A stretch of DNA of 64,000 bases from Oscillospiraceae bacterium. GTDB taxonomy: Bacteria > Bacillota > Clostridia > Oscillospirales > Ruminococcaceae. How positions within the stretch are numbered: position 1 is the first letter of the stretch; every line of letters begins with the position of its first letter. The notes under the pieces are model-generated. The model ran no database searches and was not told the origin of the DNA. It worked only from the letters and a program-made list of their open reading frames with translations. Position numbers and translations under genes: made by a program. The stretch spans positions 1,601-65,600 of the forward strand of contig SVNA01000008.1 in the NCBI GenBank assembly GCA_015067145.1, read 5' to 3'. Below are positions 17,573 through 27,252 of the stretch, piece by piece.

Positions 17573-18897
17573 CAGCTGTCACCTCTTTCGCGGATGATAA
17601 ATTTGATTGGTGTACCTTCAAGACCGAACACCTCTCTTATCTGGTTTTCCAGATATCTCTGATAGGAAAAGTGGAACAGCTCTCTCTTGTTGCAGAAAGC
17701 AACAAAGGTTGGCGGTCTTGTGGAAATCTGTGTCATGTAATAAATTTTGAGACGTTTGCCCTTATCACTTGGCGGCTGAACACGCTGTGTAGCACGGGCA
17801 AGGATATCGTTGAGAACACCTGTTGTTGTGCGGAAGGAGTTCTGGTTGTCCACAAACTTGATAAGTTCAAAGAGCTTGTCTATTCTCTGGCCTGTTTTTG
17901 CAGAGATAAAGATGATTGGCGCATAGCTCATAAAACTGAAATCTTCCATCAGCTTTTTACGCATAATATCCATTGTTTTATCGTCTTTTTCAACAGCATC
18001 CCATTTGTTTACAGCGATGATACAGGCCTTGCCCTGTTCGTGTGCAAAACCTGCCACCTTGGAGTCCTGTTCTGTAAAACCAACTGTGCCGTCAATCATA
18101 ATAACACAAACGTTGCTGCGTTCAACTGCTGCAAGTGCACGAACAACAGAGAAGCGTTCAACACCGTCTTCAACGTTGCCGCGTTTGCGCATACCAGCTG
18201 TATCTGTAAAGACAAATTTGCCGTGTTTGTTTTCCACAAAGCTGTCCACAGCGTCACGGGTTGTGCCGCTTTCGTCACGGACAATCATTCTTTCTTCGCC
18301 GATGATGTGGTTTACAAGGCTGGATTTGCCAACGTTTGGTCTGCCGATTACGGCAACCTTGATTCTTTCGTCCTCGTCTGTTTCTTCCTCTTCATCGTAT
18401 TTGATGTATTTGAAGCATTCATCAAGGATATCGCCTGTGCCGTGGCCGTGCACGGATGACACCGGGAACGGATCGCCCAGGCCAAGTGAATAGAATTCAT
18501 AAATATCATCGGAAACCTTGCCGATATTGTCACATTTGTTTACAACCAGCACTACAGGTTTGCCGCTTTTGAGCAGCATTGTTGCAACCTCGTAGTCATT
18601 TGCTGTAACGCCTGTGCGGATATCTGTAACAAACAGGATAACCTGTGCTGTGTCGATAGCAATCTGTGCCTGCTGTCTGATATGCTTGAAAACACTTTCG
18701 TTGTCGCGTGGTTCGATACCGCCTGTATCAACCAGCAAAAATTCCTTGTCCAGCCATGTGCCCTCAGCATAGATACGGTCGCGGGTTACGCCCGGTGTAT
18801 CCTCTACAATACTGATGCGTTGACCGATAATTTTATTGAAAAGTGTGGATTTGCCAACGTTTGGTCTGCCCACGATAGCAATAATCGGTTTTGCCAT
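17572..18897 (-). CDS. der: Ribosome biogenesis GTPase Der (EngA), tandem GTPase domains plus KH-like domain
   Basis: 441 aa. Two G1 motifs: GRPNVGKSTLFN and GRPNVGKSSLVN. Confidence 0.95.
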   Translation of the reverse strand: MAKPIIAIVGRPNVGKSTLFNKIIGQRISIVEDTPGVTRDRIYAEGTWLDKEFLLVDTGGIEPRDNESVFKHIRQQAQIAIDTAQVILFVTDIRTGVTANDYEVATMLLKSGKPVVLVVNKCDNIGKVSDDIYEFYSLGLGDPFPVSSVHGHGTGDILDECFKYIKYDEEEETDEDERIKVAVIGRPNVGKSSLVNHIIGEERMIVRDESGTTRDAVDSFVENKHGKFVFTDTAGMRKRGNVEDGVERFSVVRALAAVERSNVCVIMIDGTVGFTEQDSKVAGFAHEQGKACIIAVNKWDAVEKDDKTMDIMRKKLMEDFSFMSYAPIIFISAKTGQRIDKLFELIKFVDNQNSFRTTTGVLNDILARATQRVQPPSDKGKRLKIYYMTQISTRPPTFVAFCNKRELFHFSYQRYLENQIREVFGLEGTPIKFIIRERGDS

Positions 18898-18901
18898 ACT
18901 T

Positions 18902-20215
18902 TTACACCTCTTTCAAAATTCCTGACAGCAGGTCATAGCCGTCACATGAGTAAAATTCTGCAGTTGCCCCCAATGCTTCTTCCAGCTGAGGCACTGTCAT
19001 ATCATCAAGGAAGATGTCCGCGTTGTCGCTGAGCACATCGTTGCACAGACAGAGCCTGTCTGTTTTAAGATTGCCCGAGAGCTGTTTTACAAGGTCTGTA
19101 CCTGTAATAAGCCCTGTAACCGAAACATTTCCTCCGAAAAATTCGTTTTTGATTTTGTGAATATATATTTTAACCTTGTCCCCGTATTTTTCCATGGCCA
19201 TATCAGCCATTGTACAGAGAACAGGATAAAAGCTTTCCCCTGTTGCGATATCCACCGCAACGTTCTCCTTTGCCTCGGGATGATAGTCCATATCATCCAT
19301 AAAGTTATCTATAAAGGTTCTTACCATACCAACGCCGTTTTCTATCTGAGGGAAATCCTCGTAGTAATCGGCCTGCGGGATATCATATCCTGCATTGAGA
19401 TAAAATTCGTCGGAAAGGTAGATAAGCCTTGTGCCCTTTTCTTTATAAAACTGTGCGGTTTCTTCTTCCACAAGAGCGATAACCTCTCTGCAGTCTTCGC
19501 CTGTAAAGCCCTCTGCCTCTTCCAGCCCGTCACGGTAACGTGTGAGGCCTATCGGCACGATGGAAGCCGACTGCACCGCAGGATAAAGGGACTGCAGGTC
19601 ACGGATAGAGCGGCGGAGTTCTTCTCCGTCATTTACACCCTTGCATAGAACTATCTGGCAGTTCATCTTTATATCTGCATCGGCAAATTCTCTCATACGC
19701 TCCATAACATTGGCGGCGTTGGGATTTTTCATCATTTTAACCCTGAGCTGCGGGTTTGTTGTGTGAACAGAAATATTTATAGGAGATATCCGCACCTTTT
19801 TAATGCGGTCAACCTCTTTCTGTGTGAGGTTTGTCATGGTAATATAGTTGCCGAAAAGGAAGGACAGCCTTTCGTCGTCATCCTTGAAGTAGAGGGAATC
19901 TCTCAGCCCTTTTGGCAGCTGGTCGATAAAACAGAACAGGCATTTGTTCTTGCAGTGGTGGTGTTTATCGATAAGGTAGGTTTCAAATTCCAGGCCCAGC
20001 GGATCGTATTCGTCCTTGTCTGTGATTTTTACCAGTTTTTCTGTGCCGTCCAGCGACAGGAGAGAAACTTCCAGGTTTGTACCCGCCTGATAAAACTGTA
20101 AATCCAGCATATCGTTTATCTCTTCGCCGTTGATTTTAACCAGTGTATCCCCTGCTTTGATGCCGTAGCTTGCAGCAACCGAGCCTGTGAGCACATCTTT
20201 TATCTGTACAGCCAT
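18902..20215 (-). CDS. PDZ-domain radical-SAM-like protein with DUF512 C-terminal domain
   Basis: 437 aa. N-terminal PDZ-like segment (GSVAASYGIKAGDTLVKINGEEI), CKNKCLFC (CX3CX2C) cluster motif. Its stop lies 4 nt before the der start. Confidence 0.8.
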   Translation of the reverse strand: MAVQIKDVLTGSVAASYGIKAGDTLVKINGEEINDMLDLQFYQAGTNLEVSLLSLDGTEKLVKITDKDEYDPLGLEFETYLIDKHHHCKNKCLFCFIDQLPKGLRDSLYFKDDDERLSFLFGNYITMTNLTQKEVDRIKKVRISPINISVHTTNPQLRVKMMKNPNAANVMERMREFADADIKMNCQIVLCKGVNDGEELRRSIRDLQSLYPAVQSASIVPIGLTRYRDGLEEAEGFTGEDCREVIALVEEETAQFYKEKGTRLIYLSDEFYLNAGYDIPQADYYEDFPQIENGVGMVRTFIDNFMDDMDYHPEAKENVAVDIATGESFYPVLCTMADMAMEKYGDKVKIYIHKIKNEFFGGNVSVTGLITGTDLVKQLSGNLKTDRLCLCNDVLSDNADIFLDDMTVPQLEEALGATAEFYSCDGYDLLSGILKEV

Positions 20216-20328
20216 TTAAACCTCCTTTTTACATAGCCCATATTATGTCAATTTAATATTTTACCATATATTTTCAATAAATTCTATAAAAAATCTGTTA
20301 ATTAATTTTTTCACAATACATTTTCTGC

Positions 20329-20363
20329 AAAAAATAAAAAAGGGCAGAACATTGTTCCGCCCT
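20329..20363 (-). terminator. Intrinsic terminator after rpmF
   Basis: GGGCAGAAC pairs with GTTCCGCCC (20342-20362) with one mismatch. The A-run at 20329-20341 gives a T-tract on the minus strand. Confidence 0.7.
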
Positions 20364-20397
20364 TTCAATCTGTTAAAAATATCAAGCCGTTAAAGGA

Positions 20398-20580
20398 TTA
20401 AGCTTCTTTTTTGATAACAGCTTTGCCTTTGTAGTAACCACAGCTTTTGCAAACTTTATGTGGAAGTGTTAATTCACCACACTGTGCACATTTAACAAAA
20501 GATGGTGCAGTCAATTTCCAAACGTTGGAACGTCTTTTGTCTCTTCTTGCTTTAGAAACTTTTCTCTTTGGTACTGCCAT
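20398..20580 (-). CDS. rpmF: 50S ribosomal protein L32
   Basis: 60 aa MAVPKRKVSKARRDKRRS... with CxxC...CxxC zinc ribbon. Confidence 0.95.
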   Translation of the reverse strand: MAVPKRKVSKARRDKRRSNVWKLTAPSFVKCAQCGELTLPHKVCKSCGYYKGKAVIKKEA

Positions 20581-20595
20581 GCTTTAGCACCTCCT

Positions 20596-21099
20596 CTAAT
20601 TATCATCGTCTTGTAATAATTGTTTTAATACTAATAACCTTGGGTCAACCTGTTTATCCTCGCAGCCGCAGTTTTCCTCTTTAGGTCTGCCGCAGTACTG
20701 GCACAGTCCCTGACAATCCTCGCTGCAGATTACTGCATTTGGAATTTCGAGGGATAGTTCCTGATAGACAAGCTGTTTTACGTCAAGTATGTTGTCACTG
20801 CTTACAGGAATTTCTGGATCCGGTTGTGTGAGGATGTCCGGTGTTATAACGAAATCCTGAGAGAAGTTGAATTCTCTGCTAAACAGCTTTAAACATCTTG
20901 CGCAGCTGCACACAGCAGTTGCCTTTACGTTGAGCTTTATAAATGTTTCGCCGTTACCTTTGTGCAGGTTAAGTTCGGCCTTAACCGGCTGTTCAAAAGT
21001 TGCGTCACAGCTTATATCTTCGTTGCTGAAATCAAATTCCAGCACCAGCTGTTTATCTTTTTCTTCCCCTTGGAAGACTTTGCTGAGATTAACTAACAT
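20596..21099 (-). CDS. yceD: YceD family (DUF177) protein
   Basis: 167 aa. Acidic protein with C-terminal Cys cluster (CSEDCQGLCQYCG...NCGC), located immediately upstream of rpmF. Confidence 0.85.
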   Translation of the reverse strand: MLVNLSKVFQGEEKDKQLVLEFDFSNEDISCDATFEQPVKAELNLHKGNGETFIKLNVKATAVCSCARCLKLFSREFNFSQDFVITPDILTQPDPEIPVSSDNILDVKQLVYQELSLEIPNAVICSEDCQGLCQYCGRPKEENCGCEDKQVDPRLLVLKQLLQDDDN

Positions 21100-21125
21100 A
21101 AAGCACCTCTTTAGGTCACTTAAAT

Positions 21126-21154
21126 ATTATATAAACCTTTGACAACTTTGTCAA
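21126..21154 (-). promoter_or_regulatory. Consensus sigma-A promoter of yceD-rpmF
   Basis: Minus strand TTGACA (21154-21149), 17 nt spacer, TATAAT (21131-21126). About 27 nt upstream of the yceD ATG. Confidence 0.7.
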
Positions 21155-21275
21155 GGAAAAAATGTCTATATTTCAAGACTTTTTTGCATTTATTTAAGGA
21201 CACTTTATACATAAATCAGTGCAGCAGGCCGAATTACCGGTCCGCTGCACATTGTAAGCTGTATTATGTAGAAGA

Positions 21276-21677
21276 TTAAACGTATGCTTTGAGTTCTTCC
21301 GGAAGTTCTTCCATATCGCAGGAAACTGTGAATACAACAACTTTATCTTCTGTAAGTGGTTTGATTTTTTCAACGAGTTCTGCAAAGTCTTCCATATCGT
21401 GTTCGAGAACTTTAAGGATGCCGTCTACATAAATCTGTTCGATGTCGTAGTTGCTTGCACAAACACCTGCAAAGAAGCCGTAGAAACGTTTGCAGCCTTT
21501 GATTTTATATTCGTCAACGTCGATAAGACGAACGCTTGTAGGGATGTTGTGTGTAAGCTGCATGCCTTTTTCGATGCATACGATGTTGCCTTTTACTTCT
21601 GGAAGGTTAGCATTGATCATGTCAACCATCACTTTTGTTTTACCGGTACCTTTATTACCAACAATTAATTTAATCAT
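21276..21677 (-). CDS. Minimal P-loop NTPase-like protein (133 aa), unknown function
   Basis: ATG at 21677 after a TAGGAGGA RBS. Walker A GNKGTGKT at residues 7-14, candidate Walker B RLIDVDE. 34 nt downstream of the pgi stop. Confidence 0.7.
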   Translation of the reverse strand: MIKLIVGNKGTGKTKVMVDMINANLPEVKGNIVCIEKGMQLTHNIPTSVRLIDVDEYKIKGCKRFYGFFAGVCASNYDIEQIYVDGILKVLEHDMEDFAELVEKIKPLTEDKVVVFTVSCDMEELPEELKAYV

Positions 21678-21711
21678 AATTGGAATCCTCCTATATTTAA
21701 CGCTTACGCGT

Positions 21712-23049
21712 TTATTCACCTATTTTTTTGAGAAGTTCTTCTCTGTGTGCTTCGTAACCAGGTTTGCCCAGAAGTGCAAACATGTTTACCTTGTAATCTT
21801 CAACGCCTGGCTGGTTGAATGGGTTTACACCCAGCATATAACCGCTGATTGCACAGGCTTTTTCGAAGAAGTATACGATGTAGCCAAAGTTTTCTTCGTC
21901 CATTGCGTCAACTTCCAGCACGATGTTTGGAACACCGCCGGAAACGTGTGCAAGGATTGTGCCCTGCATAGCTTTTTTGTTGATTTCGCTCATTGGCTGG
22001 TCTGCAAGGAAGTTGAGACCGTCAAAGTTGTTTTCGTCAGCTTTTACGAAGTAGTCTTCGCCTGCATTTTTAAAGGAAACAACTGTTTCGAACAGGTTGC
22101 GGTTGCCGTCCTGAATAAACTGGCCCATGGAGTGAAGGTCTGTGGAGAAGATAACACTTGCAGGGAAGATGCCCTTCTGATCTTTGCCTTCGCTTTCGCC
22201 GTAAAGCTGTTTGTACCATTCGTTCATCATAGCCCAGTTTGGTTCGTAGCAGGCCATGATTTCTGTTGTTTTGCCTTTGCGGTAAAGGATATTTCTTGCT
22301 GCTGCATATCTGTAACAGTCGTTGTCTGCACCCGGTTGTGCAAAGTCTTCGCACGCTTTCTGTGCACCCAGCATCATCTTGTCGATGTCGTAGCCTGCTG
22401 CTGCGATCGGAAGAAGACCTACAGCTGTGAGTACAGAGAAACGGCCGCCTACATCGTCAGGGATAACAAATGTTTCGTAACCTTCTGCTGTGGAGAGGTT
22501 TTTCAGTGTTCCGCGTGCCTTGTCTGTTGTAGCATAGATGCGTTCTTTTGCACCTTCCTTGCCGTATTTTTCTTCCATAAGTTCCTTGAACACACGGAAA
22601 GCGATTGCACTTTCTGTTGTTGTACCGGATTTGGAGATAACGTTTACAGACATTTCCTTGTCTTTGCACATAGCAAGGATGTGGTTGAGGTAGGAACCTG
22701 AAATGTTGTTGCCTACAAAGTAAATCTTGAGTTTGTTGGAGTCAAGATTGTTGTAGAATGGAGAGCCAAGGAATTCGATTGCTGCTCTTGCACCGAGGTA
22801 GGAACCGCCGATGCCGATTACAACCAGAACTTCACTGTCGTTTCTGATTTTTTCTGCAGCTTTTTTAATTCTTTCAAACTCTTCTTTATCGTAATCAAAA
22901 GGAAGATTGAGCCAGCCCAAAAAATCGTTGCCCGCACCGGATTTCTGGTGAAGGACTTCGTGGCACAACTCAACCTCTTTGCTTACGTAATCAAATTCTT
23001 CCGGTTTTACAAAACCGTTTAAATATTTGCCCTGAAATTTTACAGCCAT
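21712..23049 (-). CDS. pgi: Glucose-6-phosphate isomerase
   Basis: 445 aa Firmicute-type [38 protein letters not shown] motifs. Confidence 0.95.
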   Translation of the reverse strand: MAVKFQGKYLNGFVKPEEFDYVSKEVELCHEVLHQKSGAGNDFLGWLNLPFDYDKEEFERIKKAAEKIRNDSEVLVVIGIGGSYLGARAAIEFLGSPFYNNLDSNKLKIYFVGNNISGSYLNHILAMCKDKEMSVNVISKSGTTTESAIAFRVFKELMEEKYGKEGAKERIYATTDKARGTLKNLSTAEGYETFVIPDDVGGRFSVLTAVGLLPIAAAGYDIDKMMLGAQKACEDFAQPGADNDCYRYAAARNILYRKGKTTEIMACYEPNWAMMNEWYKQLYGESEGKDQKGIFPASVIFSTDLHSMGQFIQDGNRNLFETVVSFKNAGEDYFVKADENNFDGLNFLADQPMSEINKKAMQGTILAHVSGGVPNIVLEVDAMDEENFGYIVYFFEKACAISGYMLGVNPFNQPGVEDYKVNMFALLGKPGYEAHREELLKKIGE

Positions 23050-23116
23050 AATTTTTTACCTCTGTAAGATTGAATTGATAAAATTTACGTAATTATTTTA
23101 TTTTTATAATATATAC

Positions 23117-23145
23117 AGTATACAATATTGCCAAAAAACTGTCAA
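23117..23145 (-). promoter_or_regulatory. Sigma-A promoter of pgi
   Basis: Minus strand TTGACA (23145-23140), 17 nt spacer, TATACT (23122-23117). Confidence 0.65.
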
Positions 23146-23195
23146 CAACAAAAGGGGTGTTTCGGCAATGGTTACAGATGTTGTAATCTCTTTTT

Positions 23196-24497
23196 CTATG
23201 TGCTTTTCAACCGCATATCTACCGCTGTTCTGATTAGTATTTCCAGTGCTTTTTTAAAGTTCACCTTTTCCAGATTTTCCTGCAGGATTATATCGTATTC
23301 CTTTATCTTCTGCCCTGCCGAATACAGCCCCACACTGCCTATTTGTGTACCTTTGGACATTGGTGCATCAATGTATTCGGGCAAAATTATACGGCTTTCC
23401 AGCTCCTTTGCCTGCCCCTTTAAAAACAGCAGATGGGTTGGCAGCGTATAGGATATTTGTGCCTGTTTCTGCACGCCGTAACGCACTTCGATATGTTCGG
23501 GGCAGTTTTCCAGCTGAGGAAACTGTCTGCTTTCAAAGTTGGAAAAACCGAAATCCAGCAGTTTCTTTGCCGCATCAAACCGCTCTGTGCCCGAATTGGC
23601 TCCCAGCACCACCGCAATAAGGGACAAATCCTGCCGTTTTGCCGTTGCAGATATACACACACCCGCCTTGCCGGTTGTGCCTGTTTTAAGCCCTGTAGTG
23701 CCGCTGTAGCTGTGCAGCATCTTGTTGGTGTTTACAAGCTGGGTTTCCCCGTTTCTCAGATAATCCATCCATATTGTTGTGTAATTAAACACATTTTCGT
23801 GCTTCATCAGTTCTCTGCTCATAATTGCCACATCGTAGGCAGTCGACAGATGTCCGTCGGCATCAAGGCCGCAGGCATTGACAAAGTTGGTGTTTTCCAT
23901 ACCCAGTTGCTGGGCCCTCTTGTTCATCATATCGCAGAAAACCGCCTCGCTGCCGCCCACAAACTCTGCCAGTGCCACCGCAGCATCGTTGGCAGAGGAT
24001 ACAGCAACTGCCTTGAGCAGTTCATCCACTGTGAAAATCTCCCCCGGCTCCAGCCATATCTGGCTGCCGCCCATGGAAAATGCGTGTGGAGAAATGGGCA
24101 CCGTGTCGCTGAGGGAAATTCTATTGGCATCCAGTGCTTCAAACACCAGAAGCATGGTCATAACCTTTGTTATTGAGGCTATGGGCAGCTGTGCATCGGC
24201 ATTTTTGGCGTAAAGTATCTGTCCTGTACCCTCGTCCATAAGCAGTGCAGCCTTGCAGGGCACATCAAAGTTTGTCTGGTCTGCCACTTTATCCACGAAA
24301 CTGTCGGTGTTTACTATTGCAGCTGCACTGACCGCTTCGGTACGGGCGTAGAATTCTTCGCTGATTTCCTCCCCGTCCGACCACACAGGCAGTTCCAATA
24401 CTGCCGAAACCTCTGCATCCTCCCCCGCCGCAAAGACAGATATTCCAAAGGAGAACACCAGACAGGCCGATAAAAATATACTTAAACCTTTTTTCAT
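23196..24497 (-). CDS. D-alanyl-D-alanine carboxypeptidase (peptidase S11, low-molecular-weight PBP)
   Basis: ATG 24497 (MKKGLSIFLSA signal peptide) after an AAGGTGG RBS. SITK (SxxK), SAND (SxN) and KTGTT (KTG) motifs. Confidence 0.9.
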   Translation of the reverse strand: MKKGLSIFLSACLVFSFGISVFAAGEDAEVSAVLELPVWSDGEEISEEFYARTEAVSAAAIVNTDSFVDKVADQTNFDVPCKAALLMDEGTGQILYAKNADAQLPIASITKVMTMLLVFEALDANRISLSDTVPISPHAFSMGGSQIWLEPGEIFTVDELLKAVAVSSANDAAVALAEFVGGSEAVFCDMMNKRAQQLGMENTNFVNACGLDADGHLSTAYDVAIMSRELMKHENVFNYTTIWMDYLRNGETQLVNTNKMLHSYSGTTGLKTGTTGKAGVCISATAKRQDLSLIAVVLGANSGTERFDAAKKLLDFGFSNFESRQFPQLENCPEHIEVRYGVQKQAQISYTLPTHLLFLKGQAKELESRIILPEYIDAPMSKGTQIGSVGLYSAGQKIKEYDIILQENLEKVNFKKALEILIRTAVDMRLKST

Positions 24498-24642
24498 AAT
24501 TACCACCTTGAATTTTTATTTTAATTAATATATAGTTATGTGGTTTGTTCTCCAAATATTAACTGTCTGATTTTGTTGAGATTTGACAGCATATATGATA
24601 AAATAATATGTTAGAGCTATAAATTCATTTAAAAGGAAGTTT

Positions 24643-25938
24643 TTGATGAAAGTTTGTTTTTTTACCCTTGGGTGTAAGGTCAACCAGCAGGAAACTGCTG
24701 CTATGATAAATATTTTTTCCAAAAACGGCTGGGAAATCGCCGAAGACAGAGAGGTAAGCGATGTTTACATTGTAAACAGCTGTACCGTAACTTTAAGCGG
24801 CGATAAAAAAAGCATCCAGTGGATACGCCGTGCCAAGAAACAGAACCCTGATGCAGTTGTGGTGCTGTGCGGCTGTATGCCACAGGCTTTCCCCGACAAG
24901 GCAATCGCTGTAAGTGAAGCTGATATCATTATCGGCAGCAAGGGCAAGAGGCAGATTTATGACCTTGTGCAGCAGTTTATGCAGAAAAAACAGCGTATTG
25001 TCGATATAAAGCCTCACGGCGAAAACGACACATTTGAGGAGCTTGCCGAGGGCGAGGACACAATGCACACCCGTGCATTTCTCAAGATTCAGGACGGCTG
25101 TAACCGCAGCTGTGCATACTGCATTATCCCAAAAGCAAGGGGCCGTGTGCGTTCAAGAAGTGTGGACAGCATTGTGGCACAGGCACAGAAACTGGCTGAT
25201 TTAGGCCACAGGGAAATTGTGCTTACAGGTGTAAATATCTCCTGTTACGGACAGGACATCGGCATAAATGTGTGCGATGTTATCGAAGCCGTGGCAGAGA
25301 TTGAAAACATACACCGCATACGCTTTGGCAGTCTGGAGCTTGATCTTTTCACCGATGATATGCTTGTGAGGATGAGTAAGGTAAAAAAATTCTGCCCCCA
25401 TTTCCACCTCTCTTTACAGAGCGGATGCGACAGAACCCTTAAAGCTATGAACCGCCTGTATGACACAAAGCTTTACACCGATATGATGAACCGCCTGCGA
25501 GAGCTGTTTGACAGACCTGTGTTTACCACCGATATTATCGTGGGCTTCCCCGGTGAAACTGAGGCAGATTTTATCGAAAGTGTAAACTATGTGCAGAAAT
25601 GTGAGTTTTTAAAGGTGCACACCTTTACATTTTCCCCGCGAAAAGGCACCGTTGCCTATGAAATGACAGACCAGATACCAAACGATATAAAGAGCGAAAG
25701 AAACCGTACAATGACCTTTAAAAGCGAACAGACCAAAAACAAGGTTATGGAAAGCTTTATCGGTTTTGAGGACACTGCCCTTCTTGAACAGCAGACCGCC
25801 AGCGGCGACTGGACCGCATACACCAGCAGATATATCCCTGTTGTTGTAAAAAATTCTTCCCACCTTTCAGGCGGCGATATTGTAAATGTTAAACTGACAG
25901 AAATAAACGGCCAGCGAATGATGGCAGAGATAATTTAA
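24643..25938 (+). CDS. mtaB: tRNA t6A37 methylthiotransferase MtaB (radical SAM, MiaB-like)
   Basis: 431 aa. UPF0004 N-domain Cys residues, CNRSCAYC radical SAM motif, C-terminal TRAM-like domain. Confidence 0.85.
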   Translation: MMKVCFFTLGCKVNQQETAAMINIFSKNGWEIAEDREVSDVYIVNSCTVTLSGDKKSIQWIRRAKKQNPDAVVVLCGCMPQAFPDKAIAVSEADIIIGSKGKRQIYDLVQQFMQKKQRIVDIKPHGENDTFEELAEGEDTMHTRAFLKIQDGCNRSCAYCIIPKARGRVRSRSVDSIVAQAQKLADLGHREIVLTGVNISCYGQDIGINVCDVIEAVAEIENIHRIRFGSLELDLFTDDMLVRMSKVKKFCPHFHLSLQSGCDRTLKAMNRLYDTKLYTDMMNRLRELFDRPVFTTDIIVGFPGETEADFIESVNYVQKCEFLKVHTFTFSPRKGTVAYEMTDQIPNDIKSERNRTMTFKSEQTKNKVMESFIGFEDTALLEQQTASGDWTAYTSRYIPVVVKNSSHLSGGDIVNVKLTEINGQRMMAEII

Positions 25939-25948
25939 GGAGATAAAA

Positions 25949-26413
25949 ATGGAACAGAAAAAAGATATTTTTGACAAAATTATGGAACTTCCCCTTATAA
26001 ACATCTTCAACCCGTTCTATAAAAAATACAAAGAGGGCCTGCTGTATCTGTTCTTTGGCGGATGCACATTTTTCATTGCCCTTATCACCTTTTCCATTGG
26101 TGTTTTCACCTTTGGCCTTGAAGAAATCACATCCAACAACATCTCCTGGGTTATCGCTGTTGCATTTGCCTACATAACAAACAGAACATGGGTATTTACC
26201 GAAAAAAGCCACACCTTTAAAGGCATAGTGAGAGAAATAATCTCCTTTGCAGCAGGCAGACTGCTGACACTGTTTATGGAAAACGGCATTATCTGGCTGT
26301 TTATCGATGTGTTTGGCATCGGCGTAATTCTCACAAAGGTTGTGGGACAGATTGTGGTTATCGTTACAAACTACTTCCTGAGCAAGTTTCTTATCTTCAA
26401 AAAAGACAAATAG
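25949..26413 (+). CDS. GtrA family membrane protein
   Basis: 154 aa, 4 TM segments. YLFFGGCTFFIAL and NYFLSKFLIF signatures. Confidence 0.85.
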   Translation: MEQKKDIFDKIMELPLINIFNPFYKKYKEGLLYLFFGGCTFFIALITFSIGVFTFGLEEITSNNISWVIAVAFAYITNRTWVFTEKSHTFKGIVREIISFAAGRLLTLFMENGIIWLFIDVFGIGVILTKVVGQIVVIVTNYFLSKFLIFKKDK

Positions 26414-26421
26414 CAAAAATC

Positions 26422-26458
26422 AAAAGGGTTCGGAATTTTCCGAACCCTTTATTTTTTG
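26422..26458. terminator. Bidirectional intrinsic terminator
   Basis: AAAGGGTTCGGA (26423-26434) pairs with TCCGAACCCTTT (26439-26450). T-run after and A-rich run before. Confidence 0.85.
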
Positions 26459-26459
26459 T

Positions 26460-27167
26460 TTATTTTCTGCACGCTTCAACAAAAGCTTTGCCTATTTTCA
26501 GACTGTTTTCGTCCTTTTTAAAGTTCATCTCAGGATGCCACTGAAGCCCCAGAACAAAGGCTTTCTGCGGTGCATACACCGCCTCGGCTATGCCGTCGGG
26601 TGCCGATGCACATACCGCTAGGCTTGGTGCAATCTGTGCTGCTGCCTGATGGTGCAGACTGTTTACCATAAGTTTTTCTGTGCCTATGATGCTGTACAGC
26701 AGGCCGTACGGAGCAACATTTACAGGGTGTACACCCTCGTCATAGGGTTTGCCCTGACGGTGAACAATATCGGATTTGTGCTGTGTCGGGATATCCTGAT
26801 AAAGTGTGCCGCCCAGCGCAACATTCAAAAACTGCATTCCGCGGCAGATGCCAAGAACAGGTTTGTCGGTTTTGATAACCTCTTTGAAAAGTGCAAACTC
26901 AAGGCTGTCCCTCTCTTTGCAGTCCTCGGCACATTCAGGCAGCATTTTCTGGCCGTAATATGATGGGTTTATATCATCACCGCCTGTAAATACAAAACCG
27001 TCAAAGCGGTCGGCAATTTCCTTTACAGATTCCTCGTCATCGGCAAAGGACAGCACAACAGGTATGCCGCCGCTTTTTATGATAAGTTCTGTATATCCCG
27101 GAAGCATCCAGTAGCTTTCCATTTTTTTATCCCACAGAGGCATAAGGGCAATAAGTGGTTTTTTCAT
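26460..27167 (-). CDS. Gamma-glutamyl-gamma-aminobutyrate hydrolase family protein (peptidase C26, class I amidotransferase fold)
   Basis: 235 aa. GICRGMQ nucleophile elbow, LQWHPE histidine motif. Confidence 0.85.
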   Translation of the reverse strand: MKKPLIALMPLWDKKMESYWMLPGYTELIIKSGGIPVVLSFADDEESVKEIADRFDGFVFTGGDDINPSYYGQKMLPECAEDCKERDSLEFALFKEVIKTDKPVLGICRGMQFLNVALGGTLYQDIPTQHKSDIVHRQGKPYDEGVHPVNVAPYGLLYSIIGTEKLMVNSLHHQAAAQIAPSLAVCASAPDGIAEAVYAPQKAFVLGLQWHPEMNFKKDENSLKIGKAFVEACRK

Positions 27168-27252
27168 AAGTTTCTCCGCTGTATGTATATTTTTGTGTAG
27201 AACAAATACGGGAAGGGATATCCCCTCCCCTGTATTTTTTATTTACAATATT

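Noticed and set aside
16896-17621. 241 aa same-strand ORF overlapping plsY in another frame
   Set aside because: It has an Arg/Ser/His-rich low-complexity translation, while the plsY frame carries the canonical GSGNAGMTN and FKGGKG motifs.
25889-26416. 175 aa minus-strand ORF opposite the GtrA gene, and 182 aa ORF (29248-29796) opposite the zinc-finger lipoprotein gene
   Set aside because: These are antisense shadows. The plus-strand genes have an RBS, a promoter, a terminator and recognisable features.
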